Shown: positions 17,872 through 29,396 of the stretch, one piece after another
Layout of the letters: each line of letters opens with the position of its first letter
How positions within the stretch are numbered: position 1 is the stretch's first letter
Assembly: GCA_965224025.1 (NCBI GenBank)
Contig: OZ245033.1
Coordinates: 2,176,001-2,240,000 of the forward strand
DNA: 64,000 nt
Reading direction: 5' to 3'
Source of the DNA: Candidatus Multivorans sp.
GTDB taxonomy: Bacteria; Acidobacteriota; Thermoanaerobaculia; Multivoradales; Multivoraceae
The notes under the pieces: model-generated
What the model saw: the letters and a program-made list of their open reading frames with translations, nothing else
Databases searched by the model: none
Told to the model about the DNA's origin: nothing
Translations under genes and position numbers: made by a program

Positions 17872-19239
17872 CTACGCCGTTCGCGAAGTCACCGTGGCGG
17901 CAACGGCGCCGCTGAACGCCCCGGCGCCAAGCCCCGCCGGGGGAAACTCGTCGGACTCGGGCTCCAGGCGCCAGCGTTGCGCCAGCGCCGCCAGCGCGGA
18001 CACGATGATGTCCGTGGCGAGGTCCGCGCCTCTGCACTTCTTCGGCTCGATGCTGAACGGGATGAACCCGTTCCTGGGGCATTGCTGGCCGCCGTCCAGC
18101 CATCGTTCGGGCCGAAAGGCCTCGTTGTCGTCCCAGTAGTCCGACCTTCGGTGGATCACGTGGATGACCAGGTCGACCAGAGTTCCCTTCGGTATGAAGT
18201 ATCCGCCCAGCGTCGTGTCCTCCACTGCCTCGCGCGGCACCAGGAGCGGCGCGGGCGGATGAAGGCGAAGCAGTTCCTTGCATACGGCGTGCGCGTAAGG
18301 GAGACGGTCCAGGTCCTCCCCCGCCAGCGACCGGTCGCCGACGACCTCTTGCACCTCCGCTTCCAGGCGCTCTCGCGCCTCCGGATTCCAGGAGAGATGG
18401 AACGGGGCGTGAGTCAGAGCATGAACCGGCCCGTCCAGGGCGCCGAACAACATGCCGTATGCCTCGTCCCGGATCTCACTGTCGTCGGCGAAGTTCCAGT
18501 CCGATTCGCCTCGATCCGTCGCCCGCACCATGTGTGAGATCAGGCTGGAGCCATTCGCGTCGGATGTTCTGGCTGCCGCGATCGACTTGTAGGTCACTTC
18601 GTCGAGCGCGCGAATCGCTTTCCGAGCCTTCATGTCGTGGGGGAGGGGGAGCTTTCGCAGCAGGGAGTAACCCGGCATGGCGAACACGATGAAGTTGAGC
18701 TTGACGGCTTTCAGGGTGGGGAGCGCCACGTCCGGACTGAGCTTTCGGCCGGCACCGATGATGGACATCGTAAGAGCGTTGAAGGTGAAGCGCTCCAGCC
18801 TTTCCCTGAAGTCGACTGAACCTTCTTCGAGACCGTCGGCCAGATGATTCGCCTCCTCGGCGGCGAGCTGCTTCAGAGCCCTGGCCCGCTCGGGTGTGAA
18901 CGCGGTCCGTACGAGCTCTCGCAGCCGTCCCTGTTCTTCGCCGGCCGGCATGCGGGCGAGACAGGGCGCCTGCATGACCTCGAATGTGGTTCTTGGATGC
19001 AGGACCTTCAGGGAGTTGGTCTTCTCGACCAGCAGTTCCTCCACCAGGTCGGCGGTAAAGATGGCACAGTGCTTGCGGGTCGGCACTTCGAAGTAGACGA
19101 TGTCGCCGTAGTTCTCGTGGAGCCAGTGGAAGAAACCGATGTAGTCGTCCGCCATCCGGCGCATGGTCTGGAGCTTGCCTTCCGCCGGGCCCGGAGGGAG
19201 TTGGCGCTTCATACTGCTGGCCTCTGGAGAGGGAGACAT
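17872..19239 (-). CDS. Cytochrome P450 with atypical I-helix and heme motif
   Basis: LPPGP N-terminus, KELLR (ExxR), FRPERW, heme loop PFSIEPKKCRG. Confidence 0.88.
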   Translation of the reverse strand: MSPSPEASSMKRQLPPGPAEGKLQTMRRMADDYIGFFHWLHENYGDIVYFEVPTRKHCAIFTADLVEELLVEKTNSLKVLHPRTTFEVMQAPCLARMPAGEEQGRLRELVRTAFTPERARALKQLAAEEANHLADGLEEGSVDFRERLERFTFNALTMSIIGAGRKLSPDVALPTLKAVKLNFIVFAMPGYSLLRKLPLPHDMKARKAIRALDEVTYKSIAAARTSDANGSSLISHMVRATDRGESDWNFADDSEIRDEAYGMLFGALDGPVHALTHAPFHLSWNPEARERLEAEVQEVVGDRSLAGEDLDRLPYAHAVCKELLRLHPPAPLLVPREAVEDTTLGGYFIPKGTLVDLVIHVIHRRSDYWDDNEAFRPERWLDGGQQCPRNGFIPFSIEPKKCRGADLATDIIVSALAALAQRWRLEPESDEFPPAGLGAGAFSGAVAATVTSRTA

Positions 19240-19252
19240 GCGGATGGTCCAG

Positions 19253-19741
19253 TCAATTCGTCGGCCTTTCGTGTTTGGTCCATCTGGACTCGAAGACGTG
19301 GTAGGTCATGTCGTCGTCGAACAGTTGAGACACGCGTTCGCTGACCGCGTCTTCGAGATCGAGTTTCTTGGCGACATCGAGAGCTTCAGAGAAGCTCTTC
19401 TTCATCGCCAGGATCCGATTTGGCCATTCGTTCTTGACGGACGGGTCCGCGTCCGGCCAGCGTTGCTTCAGGACCTCCAGGGTGACCTCCATCGCCGTCC
19501 GAGAGCCCTGCAAGGACGACAGTCGCACGGAGAGGTGCTCGAGGCATCTCTTGCTGGGCTCGTCGCATGCCGAGGCGACCGACTTCGCAGTCGCCGTTGC
19601 GATCGGCTCGTACCGTGAGACCATCGACTGGGCGAGCCCGAGAAGAGCCTCTGGCCCGTCTTCTTCCTGTGCAGCTGCCGGCATGGCCAGTATGGTCAGA
19701 AGTGTGATCGCAGTCAGGAGTGGGATCGGCGAACTCTTCAT
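19253..19741 (-). CDS. Secreted helical hypothetical protein
   Basis: Signal peptide ending AAA-Q; start overlaps the stop of the upstream P450 (ATGA); two Cys. Confidence 0.7.
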   Translation of the reverse strand: MKSSPIPLLTAITLLTILAMPAAAQEEDGPEALLGLAQSMVSRYEPIATATAKSVASACDEPSKRCLEHLSVRLSSLQGSRTAMEVTLEVLKQRWPDADPSVKNEWPNRILAMKKSFSEALDVAKKLDLEDAVSERVSQLFDDDMTYHVFESRWTKHERPTN

Positions 19742-21165
19742 GGTCCAGTTCTCCGTCGTGGTTGGCGGCTGGTGTTGGTTGGAGAACCCGTTCTCGGCCT
19801 CTTCGCGACGTTGACCGGGTATGTCCCCATGAGGCCGACGCCGATGTTCGTCTTCGTCGGCGGCTCGTCAGACTCGGGTTCGAGTCGCACCTTCTGAACG
19901 AGGCTGGCAAGACCGGCGACGAAGAGGATCTCCGCGAAGTCCTTGCCCTGGCAGATGCGCGGTTTCGTGCTGAAGGGGAGATAGGAGTGCGCCGGGCATC
20001 TGGAACCACCCTGTTCAGAGTCCTCCAGCCAGCGTTCCGGGCGGAAATCGTCCGCGTCCTCCCAGTAGTCCTGCCGGCGTTGCATCACGCGCATGCACAC
20101 GTTCATCAGCGTGCCCTTCGGCACCAGATAGCCGCCGACGATGCGGTCTTCGAGGGTCTCCCGTGGGATGAGCACGTACGCCGGCGGTTCGAGACGCAAC
20201 GTCTCCTTGAAAACCGCGTGCGTGCAGGGCAGCCGGTTCAAGTCGGCCAGCGTGACGGCGCGGCCGTCGAGCACGTCGTCCACTTCCCGCTCGAGCCGTT
20301 TGCGGACGTCCGGACTCCGCGCCAGGAAGTGGATGCCGTGGGTCAGGGTGCCGGTCGGCGCGTCGACGGCGCCGAACATCAGCGTATAGGCCTCGTCCCG
20401 TATCTCCGAGTCGTCGGGGAAGCTCCAGTCGACGACGCCCTCTTCGTGGGCACGGACGAAGTGGGAGATCACGTTGTGGCCGTCATGGTCCGGATCACGG
20501 GCCCTCTCGATCGACCTGTAGGTCTGCTCGTCGAGAGCCTTGATCTGCCGGGCAGTCCGGACGTTGTGAGGCAGCGGCAGCCTCTTCAGGGCCAGGCCGA
20601 AGGGAAGCAGCGACAGGAGCATGTCGCTCTTCATCGCGTCGAGGACGGACTTCCCGAGCTCGGGTTCGACCTTGAAGTCGACGCCGATCACGGCATCGAG
20701 CAGGGAGCCCCAGGTGTACCGCTCCGCCTCGTACTTGAAGTCGACCTTGCCGTTCGACGCGAGGCGCTCCCGGAAGGTGAGTGCGTTGCTGATGATCGCC
20801 TTTTCGTAGGCGGGCATGCGCTCCGGCGTGAACGCCGCGCTCATCACCTTCTCGAATTCCGTGTGGGTCTCGAAGCGGGACGTCGCCAGGCAAGGAGACG
20901 GAATCAGGTTGTACGAGGTCTTTGGGTAGTACGGCTGGAAGTACGGCTCCTGCTCAAGCAACACCTCGTGAATCAGCTCGGCGCTGAAGACCGCCGCGCA
21001 CTTGCGGGCGGGGATCTCGAAGAAGGCGATGTCGCCGTACTCGCGATGGAGCTCGTCCATGAAGTCCGAGTGACGGGAGAGCCGCTGCCGCACGTTGTGG
21101 AGCTTGCGCCCCTTCGGCCCGGGCGGCAGGGGTGCGGTACCGCCGCCGGAGTCGGTCATCGCCAT
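19738..21165 (-). CDS. Cytochrome P450 (paralog) with atypical I-helix and heme motif
   Basis: LPPGPKG, KETLR, FRPERW, PFSTKPRICQG. Confidence 0.9.
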   Translation of the reverse strand: MAMTDSGGGTAPLPPGPKGRKLHNVRQRLSRHSDFMDELHREYGDIAFFEIPARKCAAVFSAELIHEVLLEQEPYFQPYYPKTSYNLIPSPCLATSRFETHTEFEKVMSAAFTPERMPAYEKAIISNALTFRERLASNGKVDFKYEAERYTWGSLLDAVIGVDFKVEPELGKSVLDAMKSDMLLSLLPFGLALKRLPLPHNVRTARQIKALDEQTYRSIERARDPDHDGHNVISHFVRAHEEGVVDWSFPDDSEIRDEAYTLMFGAVDAPTGTLTHGIHFLARSPDVRKRLEREVDDVLDGRAVTLADLNRLPCTHAVFKETLRLEPPAYVLIPRETLEDRIVGGYLVPKGTLMNVCMRVMQRRQDYWEDADDFRPERWLEDSEQGGSRCPAHSYLPFSTKPRICQGKDFAEILFVAGLASLVQKVRLEPESDEPPTKTNIGVGLMGTYPVNVAKRPRTGSPTNTSRQPRRRTGP

Positions 21166-21277
21166 GAGACCAAACTTAGCTGAGCTTTCACCATCTTAAG
21201 AGCGAGATAAGGCCAAGCAATAGCGATGAGAGAGTGACGAAGACTACCGAAAGTCAGGTCCCGCTAGAATCTGAGCC

Positions 21278-22476
21278 GTGTCCGTCACCGGCCCGCGACC
21301 GAACGTCGACATCCCCGCCTGCTACGTCGACGGCTACAATGCAGCCTGGGAGCTGGATCCGGACTTGGCGGAGCGCTACATCCGCTACACGACCCTGGGC
21401 GATCCGCTGGCCGACCGGTCGAACAATTGGCGGCGATCGTGGAACCCCAGCACGTTCACGACACGATCGCCAGGACCGTCAGCCGCTACGACGACCGGCC
21501 GAAGGACACGCCCGAGGCTCTTCGGGAACTCATCGAGTCATCGGCCGTCATGCCCGACTGGTTCGACCCCGAGATCGCGATGAGGGCCACCAGGGCCTTT
21601 CTTCGCAACTCGGACATGGTCCTTGGAGGACTCGTCGGCGGTGCCATCGTGGAGGGGTTTTCCACGCTGATCAGCAAGTCGTTCCGCATCCGCAGCCGGA
21701 TCATCCTGAACGGCGTCCGCCGGCTCAAGCAGAACACGCTCCAGTTGACCGAGCAGTTCATGCCGGGCGGACAGGAGCCCGGCGGCGACGCCTGGAAGCT
21801 GAGCCTCCGCATCCGCCTGGTGCATGCCCAGGCCAGGATGCTGCTCAGGCAGTCGGACGAATGGGACGCGCCGGAGCACGGCATGCCGCTCAGCACGGCG
21901 CACATGCTGTTGGGCGCGGCCGCCTTCTCAGGCCGCCTGATGGAACATGTTTCGCGCTTGGGCGGCGACTTCAGCCAGGAGGAGAAGGAAGCCTACGTCC
22001 ACGTCTGGAGATACACAGGGCTGGTCATGGGGATACCCGAGGTCATCATGTTCCGCGACCATGCTTCGGCGTTGCGCACTTTCGAGATCGCGGCCCTGTG
22101 CGAACCGCCGCCGGACGATGACGCGATCATCATGGCCAACAGCATCATCAACAGCGCTCCGATCCTGCTCGGGTTCACGGAAACGGAGGAACGCCGCGAG
22201 ATGGCGGCGTTCATCTACCAGGTATCGCGGGAACTGATCGGGGACGCGCTCGCGGATTCCTTCAGGTTCCCGAAGTCGAGGTTCGTCAAGCAGGTACCGC
22301 TGCTGTTCCTGAGGAACAGGGCGGAGAAGGCGGCCCTGAAGCTCTTCCCCCGCCTGCTCGCGAACCGGTCGAGAAAGCGGTTCAACGCGCTGCTGGACGC
22401 TTCGGATCTCGGCGAGATCGAGCACTCGTACGCGCTGCCGACCACTCTCCACGACGAGGATTCGCGGGACTGGTAG
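21278..22476 (+). pseudogene. MpaB/Lcp (DUF2236, ER-bound/rubber-oxygenase-like) heme oxygenase, frameshifted near 21418
   Basis: N-terminal ...LGDPLADR (frame of 21278) continues as VEQLAAIV...MPDWFD...RIRLVHAQAR...WRYTGLVMG (frame of 21427). One added base at about 21418 fuses them. Confidence 0.75.
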
Positions 22477-22602
22477 CTCGGTGCGAGACGCGGCTCACGC
22501 CCGGCGCGCGCTGCCTGAACTCAAAGAAAGCGTTACCGGCGAGCGGAAAGGCAGCGGGCACCTGCTTCTGTGGCATGATCAGCGGTTGCTTCGGGACATC
22601 GA

Positions 22603-23832
22603 ATGGAAGCGGAGGCGCTGATGGGCAGATACGGTCTGACGGACGATGTGATCGAGCTACGCGAGCAGATGCGCGCGTTCATCGACGGCGAGGTGATTCC
22701 TGCCGAACCGGAGCTGGAGTCGGAGTCCGGAGAGGACCGCACGCGCGGCCGTCTGGCCGAACTCAAGGCGCTGGCCAAGCAGCGGGGCCTGTGGGCCCTG
22801 GGGCATCCGGCGGAGATCGGCGGCGGGGGTTTGCCGCTCATGCCCTTCGTCTACCTGAACGAGATCATCGGCCGCTCGCACTACGGCCAGATCGCCGTGG
22901 GCTCGGCGTCGATGCAGGACTCGATCATGCTCCACCTGTACGCCAGCGACGAGCAGCGGGAGCGGTGGCTCAAGCCCCTGGTTGCGGGCGACATCTACCC
23001 ATCGGTCGGGCTGACGGAACCGGAGGTCGCCGGCTCCGATCCGACCCTGATGCAGACTCGAGCGGTGCTCGACGGCGACGACTGGGTGATCAACGGCCAC
23101 AAGTGGTTCACGAGCGGCGCCAGCCGGGCCGCGTTCACGACCTGCTTCGCGCTGACCGAGCCGGAGGCCCAGGGCCACCGGAAATTCTCGTCGATCATCG
23201 TGCCGACGGACACGCCCGGCTACGAGATCGTGCGCGCGGTGCCGACGATGGGCACGACCGCCGGCCAGCACTGCGAGGTGCGCTACAACGACGTCCGCGT
23301 GCCGAAGGACAACCTGCTCGGCGGCCGCGGCGAAGGGTTCGTCATCGCCCAGAAGCGGCTGGGGCCGGGGCGTATCTTCCATTGCATGAGGTGGCTGGGT
23401 CAGGCCCAGCGGGCCTTCGAACTGATGTGCGACCGGGTCAAGTCACGCTGGGCCCACGGTTCCTACCTGTCGGAGAAGGGCGAGATCCAGCGCTACATCG
23501 CCGAGTCGGCGGCGGAGATCCAGGCCGCCCGGCTGATGACCCTGGACGCCGCCGAGGCGATGGACCGTGGCGATCGCGCCCGGGTCGAGATCTCGCTGAT
23601 CAAGTTCTGGGGCGCGCGGATGCTCCACAACGTGATCGACCGGGCGATCCAGGTCCACGGCGCGCTCGGCGTGACGGGCGATACGCCGCTAGAGAAGATG
23701 TACCGCGAGGCGCGCTACGCGCGGCTCTACGACGGCCCGGACGAGGTTCACCGCATGGTCGTCGCGCGGCGCATCCTGCGCGATCCGCTGGGCCGGGTGC
23801 CCTGGGGCACGTTGGGCGTTGCCGACAACTAG
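22603..23832 (+). CDS. Acyl-CoA dehydrogenase family protein
   Basis: LTEPEVAGSD, INGHKWFTSGA, RLGPGRIFHCMR, AIQVHGALG, LYDGPDEVH. Confidence 0.93.
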   Translation: MEAEALMGRYGLTDDVIELREQMRAFIDGEVIPAEPELESESGEDRTRGRLAELKALAKQRGLWALGHPAEIGGGGLPLMPFVYLNEIIGRSHYGQIAVGSASMQDSIMLHLYASDEQRERWLKPLVAGDIYPSVGLTEPEVAGSDPTLMQTRAVLDGDDWVINGHKWFTSGASRAAFTTCFALTEPEAQGHRKFSSIIVPTDTPGYEIVRAVPTMGTTAGQHCEVRYNDVRVPKDNLLGGRGEGFVIAQKRLGPGRIFHCMRWLGQAQRAFELMCDRVKSRWAHGSYLSEKGEIQRYIAESAAEIQAARLMTLDAAEAMDRGDRARVEISLIKFWGARMLHNVIDRAIQVHGALGVTGDTPLEKMYREARYARLYDGPDEVHRMVVARRILRDPLGRVPWGTLGVADN

Positions 23833-25315
23833 GGCCTGGCGTTGCGGAGACTGGTTGCGCCGGCCCTCTGGCCGGCTGTGGCGCGGGTCTTCTGACCCGC
23901 GTCGAGGAAGACGTGCCGCGAAGCGGCGACGTACCGCGGCGCCTGGCCTTCCCCGGTCGCGACCGGTTGTCGGGGTGGCGGTAGTCGTCCTCGGAGCCTT
24001 CGTGTTGACTTCATCGCCGACTACTGCCCAGTTGCGTGCCGCCGCAGCCGCGGTCGAGATCACGCCGCCTGCCGGCTCGTTGCTCTACGGCTACGGCGCG
24101 CGCGGAACGAACCGGTCGGAGGGAATTCACGACCCGCTCTACGCGCGGGCGCTCGTCCTTGAAGCGGGCGGTGAGACGGCCGCGTTGGTGACGCTCGATC
24201 TCGGCTCGATCCGCAAGGAGAACACCCTTCCCGTCCGGCGGGCGGTCCTGGATGCCGCGGGCTTCGACCACGTTTTACTGAACGCTTCCCACACGCACTC
24301 CGCGCCGCTGTTCGAGGCGGACTTCCCGAACGCCGAGAGCCCGTGGGTCAGGGAACTGGAGCGGAAGATCGTCAGCGTCGTCCTGGAGGCCCACGCCGTT
24401 CTCCGCCCGGCCCGCATCGCGGTGGGCTGGGGTCGGGCGAGCGAGGGGCACAACCGGCGCCGGGTGCTTCCGGACGGTAGCGTCGAGATGTTCTGGCGCA
24501 ACCGCGAGCGGTTGCCGACCGCGCCGCTGGACGAGTCCGTCGGCGTGCTGGCAATCGACGGAACGGACGGCGAACCGATCGCCACGGTCGTCAACTTCGC
24601 TGTTCACCCGGTCATCCTGGGCCCCGGGAACATGCTCGTCTCGGCCGACTATCCGGGCGCGATGGCGGCCCTGGTCGCCGGGCGCGGCGGCGGAGTGCCG
24701 ATGTTCCTGCAGGGCGCCGCCGGTGACATCAACCCGTTCTGGGACAAGACGCCGCCCGCCGAAGGAGGCTTCGAGCAGGTCCGGATGGCGGGAGAGCGGC
24801 TGGGACACGAGGTGCTCCGCGTCCGCGCCGACCTGGCCGCGGCGGAAGCCTTCCACGATCCGGCCAGCCTCTCCGTGAAGCGCCACCTGGTGACGCTCGA
24901 CCCGCGCTGGGATCTGGACTCTCCGGTGGTCGAGGAGGGCTTTCGGCGTCACGGGCTCGAGGCGTCGCTCCAGAGATACCGCGCGCGCTTCCCGCGCGAA
25001 CGGGAGGCCGAGGTGAACACCCTGGTTCTTGGCGAGCGCGGCGAAGGCCAGTTCGCCCTCGCCACGTTCCCGGGCGAGTTCTTCGTCGAGCACCAGCTCC
25101 GTCTGCGCGCCGAGACTCCGGTGCCCCACGTTTTCTTTGCCGGCTACACGAACGGCGAACTCGCCTACTTCCCGACCATCGCCGCGGCGGCGCAGGGCGG
25201 CTACGGCGGCAGGGAAGCGACGATCGTAGAGGTCGGCGCCGGCGAGAAGCTGGTCGACCTGGCCGCGATCTCGATTCTCGAACAGGCCGGCTGGCTGCAC
25301 GACGCGCCGCCGTGA
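23819..25315 (+). CDS. Neutral/alkaline ceramidase N-terminal-domain-like secreted hydrolase
   Basis: EITPP, HDPLYARAL, ASHTHSAP, NFAVHP, SADYPG, QGAAGD, PGEFF. True start probably downstream of 23819. Confidence 0.75.
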   Translation: MPTTRAWRCGDWLRRPSGRLWRGSSDPRRGRRAAKRRRTAAPGLPRSRPVVGVAVVVLGAFVLTSSPTTAQLRAAAAAVEITPPAGSLLYGYGARGTNRSEGIHDPLYARALVLEAGGETAALVTLDLGSIRKENTLPVRRAVLDAAGFDHVLLNASHTHSAPLFEADFPNAESPWVRELERKIVSVVLEAHAVLRPARIAVGWGRASEGHNRRRVLPDGSVEMFWRNRERLPTAPLDESVGVLAIDGTDGEPIATVVNFAVHPVILGPGNMLVSADYPGAMAALVAGRGGGVPMFLQGAAGDINPFWDKTPPAEGGFEQVRMAGERLGHEVLRVRADLAAAEAFHDPASLSVKRHLVTLDPRWDLDSPVVEEGFRRHGLEASLQRYRARFPREREAEVNTLVLGERGEGQFALATFPGEFFVEHQLRLRAETPVPHVFFAGYTNGELAYFPTIAAAAQGGYGGREATIVEVGAGEKLVDLAAISILEQAGWLHDAPP

Positions 25316-25357
25316 GGCATTGGAACCTCATGCGAGTAGGGCTGTATCGTCGCCGCG

Positions 25358-25602
25358 ATGAAGCGTCGCCACCGCAGAATCCTGGGGCTGATCTTCAGCC
25401 GACCGACAAGCGGTAACATGCCGTGGCGTGACATCGAAGGACTCTTCATCGAGCTGGGGGCGGAGATCAGCGAGCGCCGAGGATCGCGGGTTGGCGTCAG
25501 GCTCTTCGGTGAACGCCGGGTCTTCCACCGACCGCATCCTGGGCCGGCGACGGACAAGGGTGCCGTGAGCAGTATCCGGCGGCGAATGGAGTGGAACCAT
25601 GA
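25358..25602 (+). pseudogene. hicA: HicA-family toxin, frameshifted near the C-terminus
   Basis: WRDIEGLF..LGAEI.ERRGSRV...FHRPHP...DKGAV. The expected ending (ANGVEP-stop, TGA 25600-25602) lies in another frame. Confidence 0.8.
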
Positions 25603-25832
25603 CGAGCATGATCGAAGTCGAAGGCTATCGAGCCGTCGTTCGCTACGACGCCGAACTTCGGATGTACCGTGGCGAGTTCGTCGGTCTGAATGGAGGCGCG
25701 GACTTCTACGCCGAGGACAAGGCGAACCTGCGCGACGAGGCGGCGACGTCGCTTGCCGTTTTCCTGGAGATGTGCCGGGAGGACGGGGTTGATCCGCGAG
25801 AGCACGAGGAGCCAAGTGCCCGGGCGTCCTGA
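25599..25832 (+). pseudogene. hicB: HicB-family antitoxin, C-terminally truncated
   Basis: GYRAVVRYD...YRGEFVGLNGGADFYA...FLEMCREDGVDP. Only 77 aa, with no C-terminal DNA-binding domain. ATGA coupling to hicA. Confidence 0.8.
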
Positions 25833-26021
25833 GTTCGGGTTTCCACGGCGGACCGGGTCGCGAGGATCGAGCGCCGGGTCGAGAAGATCGAGGACCGGGC
25901 CGCGCTCGACCGGATGGACGCGCTGTTCGCTGCGCAGAGAAGGGAGAACCGGCTGCTGCTGTTGTTCTCCTCTTCGATGCTGGGCCTGTTGTTGACCCTG
26001 TTCCGGTTTGGCGTTCTCTGA
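25833..26021 (+). pseudogene. Remnant of a DUF1640-like coiled-coil/TM gene, paralog of 3037..3457
   Basis: Translates VSTADRVARIE...RRENRLLLLFSSSMLGLLLTLFRFGVL-stop, against LATADQVAKIE...RRENRLLFLFFSTMLGLLMVLFRFGVL-stop for the paralog. Confidence 0.8.
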
Positions 26022-26030
26022 GGTTCGCGT

Positions 26031-27986
<1,956 letters not shown>

Positions 27987-27998
27987 GGCGAGGTCGGG

Positions 27999-29168
27999 CT
28001 AGAAGTCCACGTGCAGTAGCAGACCGACGTGTTCGACCGATCCGGCTGGGTCCGGGTCGGTCGTCACGTAGTTCAGGAGCGCCCGCAGGTTGCCGCGCAG
28101 GTACCAGTTGAGGGCCAGGGAGAGACTCTTCTGGCTGCCGCCGAGGACGGCGCCGCCGCTCAGGTCGGTGTGATCCCAGCGCGCGGCGAGTTCCCACGCG
28201 CCCTTGCCTTCGGGCACGGGCGCCCTGGGCTTCAACCGGGTGAAGGTGCGGGAGCTTCGACTGTAGGGCTTCCTCTCGCCGGTCAGGAACCAGCCCGCTT
28301 CGACGTACCGGGCGTCGAACCGGGCGCTCCGGCCGTCCGGGGAACCAACCGGCAGCAGGTCCACCTGGGCCGACAGCGCCTCACCCTGCAGCCACAAGGA
28401 ACCCCGCGCGAGTGCGACTTCGACGCCCAGCAGCCGCATGCCGTCGGCGGGCGCCCTTCCGGTGTCGACCATGCGCGGCGCGAGTGGTACGCCGGCGCGC
28501 CCGCGCAGACGGACCGCGTCCGCGGTGGGCTGGCGGTGCGAGACCCCCGCGCCGAGGTGGAGCAGGAGATCGCTTCCTTCGTCGCCGTCGAGGGCGAGGC
28601 CGGTGAGGCGGCCGGTCAGGCTCCAGTCCGACCCGGGCCGCATGTCGTAGCCGTCGCTGTCGCGGAAGGCGCCGACGGCCCAGGCGACGCGGTCGCCGGG
28701 AAGCCGGTCGTGGATCATGAAGCCGAGGTTGCGCCCCGGCGCCAGGGCGGTGGCCGCGGCCGGACGCGCGATGAACGAGTGGTAGTTGGACGATTGGAGG
28801 ATGGAGAGGCTGAAGGGCTCCTTGAAGTGTCCCGCGCGGAAGGTGGCCGCGCCGCCGTCGGGCGCCGCCTCCATGAAGACGTCAGTGGGCACGATGTCTC
28901 CGCTCGCGATGTCGTGCTCGATCTTGAAGGTGAAGCGGTTGAGGAACTCGCCGTTCAGCACCAGGCGGGCGCGCCGCCAGTCGATGCCGTCCTCGAACTC
29001 GAACCGGTCGGCCAGGGCCGGGTCGGGAGAGGACGTGCTGGCCTCGACATGGAGCCGGCCGCCGACGTTGACCGAGAACCGGTCCTTGGCGTCTTCGTTG
29101 TCCTGAGAGGCCGCGGCCGCGGCGATGGGAATCAACGCAGCAGTCGTCAGAAGACGGAGCACTCGCAC
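27999..29168 (-). CDS. Phosphate-selective porin, OprO/OprP family
   Basis: Signal peptide, WRRARL, GHFKEPFSL, WFLTGE, GAWELAAR, LNWYL, terminal Phe. Confidence 0.88.
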   Translation of the reverse strand: MRVLRLLTTAALIPIAAAAASQDNEDAKDRFSVNVGGRLHVEASTSSPDPALADRFEFEDGIDWRRARLVLNGEFLNRFTFKIEHDIASGDIVPTDVFMEAAPDGGAATFRAGHFKEPFSLSILQSSNYHSFIARPAAATALAPGRNLGFMIHDRLPGDRVAWAVGAFRDSDGYDMRPGSDWSLTGRLTGLALDGDEGSDLLLHLGAGVSHRQPTADAVRLRGRAGVPLAPRMVDTGRAPADGMRLLGVEVALARGSLWLQGEALSAQVDLLPVGSPDGRSARFDARYVEAGWFLTGERKPYSRSSRTFTRLKPRAPVPEGKGAWELAARWDHTDLSGGAVLGGSQKSLSLALNWYLRGNLRALLNYVTTDPDPAGSVEHVGLLLHVDF

Positions 29169-29396
29169 CTCTCGTCGGATAAGCGTCAGGGTTGGAAGGC
29201 GTCACCGCGAGCAGCCGACCTGTCCGCTCTGTCGGCCAGCGGGGTGCTCTCGTCTCTAGAATCTCTACGGAGATTGACACGCCGGCCGTCCCGATGTCTA
29301 CGTCGGAGCCGGAAGAACCGGCTTTATCGCCCGTTCACTAAAGGCTGGCTAGCCTTGGGTGCAGGTCAACCGTATTGGGGGGTGCCGGACAATTCC

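Noticed and set aside
22479-22492. 14-mer CGGTGCGAGACGCG shared with about 3493-3506, both just after stop codons
   Set aside because: Only two short GC-rich copies without a clear shared palindrome; not enough to call a REP family.
28029-29396. Long N-terminal extension of the 687-aa ORF 28029..30092
   Set aside because: It is the antisense shadow of the porin gene; the real response regulator starts at 29397.
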